Shown here: one piece after another, positions 53,020 to 64,000 of the stretch
Layout: each line of letters begins with the position of its first letter
Numbering within the stretch: the stretch's first letter is position 1
NCBI GenBank assembly: GCA_000004695.1
Contig: CM000155.2
Span: forward strand, 1,792,001 to 1,856,000
Source of the DNA: Dictyostelium discoideum
Lineage: Eukaryota
Direction of reading: 5' to 3'
DNA: 64,000 nucleotides
Made by a program: the position numbers and the translations under genes
The notes under the pieces: model-generated
What the model saw: only the letters and a program-made list of their open reading frames with translations
Databases searched by the model: none
Told to the model about the DNA's origin: nothing

Positions 53020-53103
53020 CGTTTAAAAGTTTCTTGTTTTTTTATTTTTATTATTTTATTTTTTTCGGAACTGAAATAAAAAACAAATAAAAAAAAAAAA
53101 AAT

Positions 53104-54081
53104 ATGAATAATGTTAGCGATGAAGAAATAGATGATGTTTCAGATGATTATGTTGGTGAGAAGCCAAAGAATGACGAGGATTTTTATAGTGCAGATAGTG
53201 ATATTGAAAAGTTAACTCACAAAAACGAGGATGACATCGAACCAAATCCTTCACTCTCTCAAAAAGATGATGAAAAAATACAAAAACAACAACAACAACA
53301 GCAACAGCAACAACAACAACAACAACAACAAAGTAAAGATATTAGCATCAATTTGGACGAATATCAACAAGAAACAGATAGTGAGGAGTATGATTCTGAT
53401 TATATCGATGATATGGATTCTGACGAATATGAAGAAAAGTGTGAAAATGATAGAGAAAAAGACAATTTATATGAATTAGAAAATGAAGAAAGAGATGAAA
53501 AATTTGGTATTGAATACATTAATACCAATACTGCAAATAAAAATAATAATAATAATAATAATAACAATATAGTGGAAGTTTCACTATATGAAAGATTACT
53601 AAAAAGAGATTTCAATAGATACAATAAAAGTGATATAAACACTAAAAATAATATAAATAATAAAAATAATATTAATAATAATAATAATAATAATAATAAC
53701 AATAATAATAATAATAAAAGAAAAGATTTATATATATATAGTAGTAGCGATAAAGAATTAAACAATAATATAATTAAAAGTTCTTTATCTAATCTCTTTT
53801 TCGAAGAAGAGTGTGAGGCTGATAATGAGGAAGAAGAAGATGAAGAAGGTGATGATAAAGGTATTAAACAAAGAATTAAAAGATATCAAGATATTAAAAA
53901 TAGTAAATTAATAATTAAAAGAGCAAAAAGTTTAACACAAGGTATCATATTGGATCCTATCGATCCAACAATTAAAAATAGTTTTCAACAATATCTAATT
54001 CAAAGAGAATTAAAACAAATAAAAGTAAAAAATAATAAAAATAATAGTAATAATGATAGTAATGACGGCAGTAGTAATAAT

Positions 54082-54113
<32 letters not shown>

Positions 54114-55413
54114 TAACGGTGAGTCAGTTGATAATCAAAATGATAATAAAAATAATAATGATGAAAAAACTGTTACAATAAAAGAACCAACTCCACCACC
54201 AACACCACTAAAAAAAAAGAGAAAATCAAAATCAAAACAAGCAGAAATTGAAGTTGTCCCCTTTACAAGATCAATTTCATCAATACCAGACTATCAAAAT
54301 TTTTATAATAATAATTCAAAAAAAGTTGAAACCTTATTAAATTGGGATACTTTAAATATTAAAAATTCAATTACAAATAAAAATAATAGTATAAATATAA
54401 ATAATAGTAATAATTATAATTATAATAATAAAGGAGAATTTTTAAAATTTAAAAAAGAAGAAAAAGAAATAATATATTATTATATGATTTATTATTCATC
54501 AAGTTTATTATTTTATAGGTGTAATGAATTATGGAAGATGATTTCAAATCATTTAGATAGTAAACCATCACCATTAAAAATTGGAATTTTTATAACAAAT
54601 AAATTAGAATCTAATCAATCTTTTAATGAATGGAGTTTAAAATGTAAAAATAAATATTTCAATTTAAATAGTAATAGTAATAGTAATGGTGATAGTAATA
54701 GTAATATTCAAGAATCAATAGATTTTAAATTACCACCACATTTACAATATCCAATATCAAATTTATCATTTAAAGATAAACAAATTAAAATTATTGAAAA
54801 ACAATTATTAGAATTAAATGGAATTTATATGAAATCACCAATAACGATTGGAACAAAAGAATTCAATTATAATAAAAATAATAATAATAACAATGGGTCA
54901 ATTGGTATTGAAATTACAAATGATATTAAAGATAGTAAAAAATATAGATTCGTTGCATCAAATGAAGATTTATTAATTGAACAAATTAATACAGATTTAT
55001 TATTAGAACAAGAGAAAGATAATATTAAAAAAGAATTTAATGAATTTGAAGGTGGTGGTAGTATTGTACCACAAGTATTATCAGGAAAAGGTTTAGAAAG
55101 TTTATTAACATCAAAAGAGTTTAATCATATTACACCATATCCAACAGTTTTCATTGATATGGCAGAAGCATTAAGAGATTGGTTAAAACCAGTAGTTCAA
55201 GAATTATCATTTTTAAAACCAGTCATTCACCATCAACATGCTGATAATGAAGAAATCACAGTTGAACAAGTATTAGAATCATTAAGAGTTACTCAAAATT
55301 TACCAAATGAAAATTGGAAACCTTCAAAAAGATATAAAAAATTTTATGATGAAAAAGATAAATCAACAAATAACAAAATTGATGTTTCTATATTATTTAA
55401 AAATTTAAAATAA
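53104..55413 (+). CDS. hypothetical acidic low-complexity protein (769 aa)
   Basis: A single ORF. The N-terminus is acidic (DEEIDDVSDDY...), followed by poly-Q and several poly-N tracts. A less repetitive C-terminal region reads ...GGGSIVPQVLSGKGLESLLTSKEFNHITPYPTVFIDMAEALRDWLKPVVQELSFLKPVIHHQH.... I recognised no domain. Confidence 0.55.
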
Positions 55414-55427
55414 ATAAATACTTATTT

Positions 55428-56828
55428 TTATTTCTTTTTTTTATTTTTAGGATTTAAATTATCATTTATAGTATTTGTTGTAGTAGAAGTAGTAGAAGTG
55501 GTTGATCTTGTTATAATTTTTCTTTTTAAATTTTCTTTTTCATTTTTTAAATTTTCTTTTTCATTTTTTAATTCAATTTTTAGATTATTATTATTATTAT
55601 TTTGATTTATTTCTTTTTTAATTTTAATATTTTTTGATTTTTCTTTAAATACTGATAATTCATTTGCAAAGAGTATAGTTTGAGCCCAACCTGCATGATC
55701 ACCGAAAATAGATTCCCAAAGGTTACTAATGTCTTGATAGAGTTTTGGAGTTAATGAAGAGGAGCTGTTTGCTAGAGAGGGTAGATATTTTTTAGAGATT
55801 TGATAGATATGAGTATCGATTGCAACGGCATTTGGATTATCCATTGACATTAGTGATACGCAATCAGCGACTTTCTTACCAACACCCATTAATGTTGTCA
55901 ACTCTTTTTGTACCTCTAAATGTGGTTTTAATTTCAACTGATTTAACCATTGTTCACCACCTTTTTCAATAACTTGTTTACATGATTCAACAATGTATTT
56001 TGATCTGTACCCGAATCCAAGATCATTCAATTCTTCTACTGTCGCATTTGACAATTGACTCAATGTTGGAAATTTATAATAATCCGTGTGATTGTAATCT
56101 GTGATTTTCGAACCGTACCCCACGATTAACTTATTCACAAGTGATGTAATTCTTGAGACATTATTATTTTGTGAACAAATGAAGCTGAATAAACAGTCAA
56201 CTGGATTCTGTCTAGTTAGACGAAGTCCGATGAATTTATCACAACTTTTTCGAAATTGGTGGTTTAATTGATGAAGTTTCTTATCACCGTTGTCATCATT
56301 GCCAATTTCATCGTTTCTCCATTTTTTAAATAATTGATTAATATCTAAATCTAGATAAAAGTAATTCTGTAAAGTTGAGATCCTATCTTGCATTTTCATT
56401 AATTCACTATCATGATTTATACGTTTCTCTGAATCTATGAATTTATATTCAATAATATCTTGTTCACTACCTTCTTTATATCTTAACACAATTATATTAT
56501 CACCAATAACTCCCACATATTCATTAACTATTTCATTTATTACTATTTCTTTCCAAATAAATGATTGTGCTGAAAATAATGTTTTTTTTAAATCTAATTT
56601 ATTTTTAAATAATTTTAATTCTTCCCAATTATTATTATTATTATTATTATCATTTTCATTTTTTATTATTGGTATTTTATTGTTATTATTATTATCATCG
56701 TTTTCATTTTTTATTTTTGGAATTTTATTAGTAGTAGTAGTTGTCATTTTAAATAAAATTTCTTTTTTTGTAGTTGTTGGTATTAATATTAAAAAATTAT
56801 TAAATTGTTTAGGTATAAATCTAAACAT
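55428..56828 (-). CDS. ogg1: 8-oxoguanine DNA glycosylase / AP lyase (OGG1)
   Basis: A 466-aa ORF. The helix-hairpin-helix/GPD core LRLTRQNPVDCLFSFICSQNNNVSRITSLVNKL...LGFGYRSKYIV...LMGVGKKVADCVSLMSMDNPNAVAIDTHI...GDHAGWAQTILFANEL matches human OGG1 almost motif for motif, including the catalytic Lys in GVGKKVAD and the Asp in AIDTH. There are N- and C-terminal low-complexity extensions. Translation may begin at the second Met (MTTTTTNK). Confidence 0.9.
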   Translation of the reverse strand: MFRFIPKQFNNFLILIPTTTKKEILFKMTTTTTNKIPKIKNENDDNNNNNKIPIIKNENDNNNNNNNWEELKLFKNKLDLKKTLFSAQSFIWKEIVINEIVNEYVGVIGDNIIVLRYKEGSEQDIIEYKFIDSEKRINHDSELMKMQDRISTLQNYFYLDLDINQLFKKWRNDEIGNDDNGDKKLHQLNHQFRKSCDKFIGLRLTRQNPVDCLFSFICSQNNNVSRITSLVNKLIVGYGSKITDYNHTDYYKFPTLSQLSNATVEELNDLGFGYRSKYIVESCKQVIEKGGEQWLNQLKLKPHLEVQKELTTLMGVGKKVADCVSLMSMDNPNAVAIDTHIYQISKKYLPSLANSSSSLTPKLYQDISNLWESIFGDHAGWAQTILFANELSVFKEKSKNIKIKKEINQNNNNNNLKIELKNEKENLKNEKENLKRKIITRSTTSTTSTTTNTINDNLNPKNKKKK

Positions 56829-57017
56829 ATATGTATGTATTTGAGAAAAGAAATTTCACATAAAAATAAGAAAAAGTAAAAAACATTTTTTTTTTTTTTT
56901 TTTATTTTTTTGTTTTTTTTTTTTTTTTTTAAAAAATCCATAACACGAAATAAAATTTTATTTTTTTAATTTTTTTTATTTTTAATTTCATCTTATAATA
57001 ATTAAAATAAATAAACG

Positions 57018-57878
57018 ATGAATTCATCATCAAATATAATTTATAAAAGTTTTAAAAATTCAAAAATATTTTTAAATAAACAATGTATTATTAATAATGG
57101 TTTAAAATTAAATAAAAAATATTTTACAACAACTTCAACAAAAGAAAATAATAATAATAATAATAATAAAAATCCAAAATTTATTGAAAATAATTTATTT
57201 CAAAAAGGATTATTAACAATTGGTAGTGCATTTGTTGCATTTATAAATCCAGGAAGAGGTGATATGGTTGCAACATTGGGTGAAATGACAGGTGGTTGTG
57301 CAATTAAATCAATGAAACAAAAGATGATGTTAGATCCAATTGGTAGACAATTGTTAAAGGAGAAACCTAGAATTAAAGAATCAACTTACCCATTGAATAT
57401 ACATTTATTACCATCAACTACATTTGGTGGTGCATACTATAGATGGATGAAAGAACATGGTTATTCACCTGATGAAAGAACAGAGGTTACTTTGATTCAA
57501 GATGAAGATGATGCTTACGTTATGCAAAGGTATAGAGAAGTACATGATTTTTGGCATGTCCTTGCCGGTGTTAGACCAGATTTTCAAGGTGAAGTTGCAA
57601 TAAAATGGTTTGAATTCTTACAAACTGGTTTACCAATGAATGCTATCGGTTCAATTATAGGTCCATTACGTTGTTCTTGGAATGAAAGAAACGAATTAAT
57701 CAATCATATGATACCATGGGCTATAAAATCTTCAAAATCTTGTGTTTATCTAATGAATGTCAAATATGAAGATCATTGGGAAGATGATCTTAATGAATTT
57801 AGGGCTAAATTAAATTTTATACCTTATAAATATTTATCTGATATTAATCAAAATAAAACGACAACTATCAATATGTAA
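57018..57878 (+). CDS. coq4: ubiquinone biosynthesis protein COQ4
   Basis: A 286-aa single ORF with the COQ4 zinc-ligand motif HDxxH-x11-E: [38 protein letters not shown]. There is a basic, hydroxylated N-terminus consistent with mitochondrial targeting. Confidence 0.9.
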
Positions 57879-57960
57879 TAAAATGAAATTATTTAAAAAT
57901 AATAAAAAAACAAAAATAAATAAAAAGAGGAAATTAAAAAAAAAAAAAAAAAAAAAAAAT

Positions 57961-58850
57961 CTCAACCTCTTTCTTCAACATCTCAACCTCTTTCTCCTCG
58001 TAATACCAACAAAATCTCTTCTCTATGGGAATTGATTCAATTCCAATACTACATACTTTTTCACCTCTTTGATTTTCAACTTTCATTATTTCCAAATTTG
58101 TTCAATTCCTCCTCAAATCCCTATCATCCCAATCTTAAATACAGACATGAAATGCAATTGTAAACTTTATTACAACTTCATCTTCAATCATCTCTCTCAT
58201 CGTATTAAAAGAATGATTCTATTTCAAAAACATCAATCGTGAAGCAATCATCGACAAATGGTCAAACCTTTACATTCCTCCAAAAATGAAAAGAAATTGT
58301 TGGCACAAAAGATTACATTACCTATCAAAGACTCTCCATCTCTATAAAACAATACAACCAGAGAAGCTATTTGTCCCGACTGTCCAGTGACTTCCTTGCA
58401 GCCTCTTCAATCAGGTCATGCAACCCCGTTATAAACTATTCCAACTATTACGGTATATTCAATTACTATACTTTGAAGCCTTTAACAAACATCCAATCAA
58501 CAATGTTAATTACTGGAAACATTATTGGTCACCAATAGTGACCAAATTAATATAGATTTAAATCCAAAGACTACTGATACACTCTGGACTGTATAATGAT
58601 TATTACCATCTCTGGAAGTCATATACTAACCATGTCTTTGGTAATCAAAGATATACCACTGAAAGAGTACTGCTCAACACATACAAATCCATTGAATTCA
58701 TACAACTCAAGGAAAATCAACGTACTGAATTCAACAAGAACTTCACAAATCCCTCTTTCCATATTAATTTCTAATCACAACTTTAAAAGATTTCATTCTG
58801 TTTTTTTAAAAATTAAATCCAAAACAAAAATAAAAAAAAATAAAAAAATC
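57961..58850. other. compositionally anomalous non-coding island: C-rich, G-poor on the plus strand, with no long ORF
   Basis: About 0.9 kb in which the plus strand is pyrimidine-rich (ctcaacctctttcttcaacatctcaacctctttctcctcg...), with G around 8% and C around 25%. This is unlike flanking DNA, where A+T is about 80% and homopolymers are common. Stop codons are frequent in all frames. It lies between coq4 and the PH-domain gene. Confidence 0.5.
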
Positions 58851-59061
58851 TGATCAGATTTTTTTAAAAGAAAATTGGTTCGATAAAAAAAAAAATGGTT
58901 TTTTTATGATATTTATTTCTGGGTTTGAAAATATCTTTTTTTTTTCTACTAACAAAACATGTTTTGTTTTTTTTTAATTTTATTTTATTTTTTTTTTTAT
59001 TTTTTTTTATTTTTCTTTATTTTTTATTTTTTATTAAATATCTCCAACCGTCATTTAAAAG

Positions 59062-59101
<40 letters not shown>

Positions 59102-59268
59102 AAAAAACCATTTTTAAAATTTTTATTTTTTTAATTTTTTTTGTACAAAACACAATATTCGCACAACGCATTTCATAAAAACAAATTAAAAACCTATCTA
59201 TTTTTTCTTTTTTTTTTTTTATTTTTTTTTATTTATTTTTATATATTTATTTATAAAAAAAAAAAAAA

Positions 59269-61150
59269 ATGGATTGTGTTATTACAAGTGGATGGTTACA
59301 AAAATGGTCATCAAAAGTTTTATCAGAAAGTGAAAGATCAATTTTGGATAGATCATGTTCCGGTACTTATCATTCATCAATGGCAACACATGGAGAAGGT
59401 TCTTTAAAAGCAAGATGGTTTATATTACAAAATGATTTTTTAAATTATTATGATAGGCCACCTGTAAGTTTTTTAAATTTATTAAAAAATAAATAAAAAA
59501 AAAAGAAATTAAATTTAAAATTACTAATTTTTTTTTTTTTCTTTTTTTTTTTCTTTTATTTATTTAAAAAAAAAAAAGAAAAAAATTCAAGATTATACAT
59601 GCTTAAAAGGTCAAATTTATTTAAGAGGATGTAAATTAAAACATGGAGGATTAATAACACCAATATATCAACATTGGTCAATTGGAGTTGCACCAAATAC
59701 ATCAGGTAGTAATCAAGTTTGGAAATCAATAGTTGATCAACATCAAGTGAATGGACAAATGACAATATCATTGGTTACACCAAATGGTGTGGAATATTCA
59801 TTCACCAATATGGGAGGATTGACAAATGAAGATACAATTAAAAATTTAGAGAATTGGGCATACTCAATTTCTTATGCAATCTTTTTATCAAATAAAACTA
59901 AAGATGAACCAATGTGTGGTTGGTTAAATAAACGTGGTGAGAAAGGTCATCAATTTAAAAATACAAAACGTCGTTGGTGTACACTTCAAGGTACAAAGTT
60001 ACGTTATTTCTCTTCAATTCCAAAACATAATAAAATCGGTTCACTTAAAGGTATAATAGATTTAACTCATCTTTCAGAGATTGCTGATAAAGTATTAACA
60101 GAAGTACGTTCTAAAAATGGTACATTGGTTAGTAATGGTAATCAAGATTGGAATGCTCAAAAACCATTAACCAATGGTATAGGTAGTAGTGGAGGTGGAG
60201 GTGGTTTAGATTGTTTTGGTAATAATAATCAAAGTTTTAGTTCTTCTTCTTCTTCACCCTCATCATCATCTACAACAATATCATCTTCACCAAATAATAA
60301 TTCGTCATCATCGTCATCAATACAAGAATTTGATGAAGTTTCAACTATTGTAGCATTATCATTAACAATAAATAATGAGAAAAAGTATGTTTTAATTTTC
60401 GATAATAAAGAGGATAGAATTAAATGGGTAAATGCAATTACAGCAGCAGTTGAGAAATCATATACATCTGGTAATGCATTGGCAGAGACAGTTGGAGGTG
60501 GTGATGTTTTTCAAAGTATAAATAATAATAATGATAAGCAAGTGTTGGTATCAGGTTGGATGAGAAAAACTAAAGCAAACAAATGGTGGGAGAAAAGATT
60601 TTTCCAACTTACACAAAATAGTTTAATCTACTACAAAGAGGATCCACCTCAGAAAACATTGGGTTCAATATTTCTATTGGTTTCATCATGTAGAATTATA
60701 AAACAAAAGAGTTTAGATTCTTTGGATTGGTGTTTTAGTATAGCCGATAGTAGAGGTGTAGAATACTTTTTCAATACAGAAACTTCCGATCAAATGGAAC
60801 GTTGGATTAAAGCAATTAAAGTTGCTAGAAAAAAAATGTTATTATCATTATTGGATCAAGGTGGTAAATTAATCATTCCAATTACAATTGGTAAGGATTG
60901 TGGTTTAATCACTGTTCAAACTAAAGAATCAATTCGTGTAAACTCTCTTTCTAATAAATTGGCATTTGAAATTCCAATGCCAAATGTAAAGTCAGTTTCA
61001 GTTTCAGGTGATCAAAAATTAGATGTTTCTTTCTTACCTTTGGATGGTGAAGTTTCTGAAAAAAAAGTGGAATTTATAACTCAAAATCCACATGGTGTAT
61101 TACAATTATTTAAAGATTTATTCTCTTCTCAAGAAAATACTATAAATTAA
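59269..61150 (+). CDS. pleckstrin-homology (PH) domain protein with three PH-like modules
   Basis: Two exons: join(59269..59463, 59579..61150), about 588 aa. Exon 1 encodes MDCVITSGWLQKWSSKVLSESERSILDRS...KARWFILQNDFLNYYDRPP, then a GTAAGT donor. The acceptor is aaaAG at 59577-59578. The second module PMCGWLNKRGEKGHQFKNTKRRWCTLQGTKLRYFSS and the third VLVSGWMRKTKANKWWEKRFFQLTQNSLIYYKED...MERWIKAIKVARKKM have canonical PH signatures: GWL.K, W, and a C-terminal helix with W. Confidence 0.8.
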
Positions 61151-61348
61151 TATATATATATATAATATTTATTTTAATAAACAAAAAAAAAAAACAAATA
61201 AAAAAAAAATAAAAAAAAAAAAGAAAAAAACAATTATTTTGTAAAATATGAAATCCATATATAAATATTTCTTTTTTACATTTTATTTTTTATACAATTA
61301 ATAAAAAAAAAAAATAAAAAAAAATAAAAACAAACAATAAAATTTTAT

Positions 61349-64000
<2,652 letters not shown>

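Overview
This 64 kb window is AT-rich (about 75-80% A+T) eukaryotic nuclear DNA with the hallmarks of Dictyostelium discoideum: long A/T homopolymers, short AT-rich GT..AG introns, coding microsatellites for poly-Asn/Gln/Thr/Ser, and tRNA genes with downstream external B-box-like motifs. It is a gene-dense chromosomal arm region, not a prokaryotic accessory island. I found no CRISPR array, defence operon or similar system. Many genes are split by one to three small introns, so the six-frame ORF track alone misses or truncates them.

Genes I recognise, with exons rebuilt by hand:
- iplA, the IP3-receptor-like Ca channel, about 9.5 kb of coding sequence in 4 exons on the minus strand
- RNase H2 subunit A
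- an RCC1-repeat protein
- RER1
- a FNIP-repeat protein
- LST8
- cytochrome c1
- UEV/MMS2
- malate dehydrogenase
- a bacterial-type 3-hydroxybutyrate dehydrogenase (SDR family)
- an NDUFA2/L43-fold protein
- an EamA/DMT transporter with a low-complexity N-terminus
- MED4
- an NDUFAF3-like protein
- an MRH-domain type I membrane protein
- OGG1
- COQ4
- a triple-PH-domain protein
- several Dictyostelium-specific low-complexity proteins
- six tRNA genes: Lys-UUU, two inverted Asn-GUU copies, a convergent Gly-GCC pair, and His-GUG

Observations worth a second look:
- a 1-nt reading-frame discontinuity inside the iplA transmembrane exon
- an apparently unannotated 67-aa spliced gene
- a roughly 0.9 kb C-rich, G-poor non-coding island
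- a perfect foldback inverted repeat and a palindrome
- a fragmented duplicate of the 3' half of a neighbouring gene, interrupted by a roughly 1 kb insertion
- a decayed tandem paralog
- a non-AT-rich spacer with direct repeats between the convergent tRNA-Gly genes, which may be a tRNA-targeted retroelement remnant

All coordinates come from manual reading and could be off by a few bases at splice sites.
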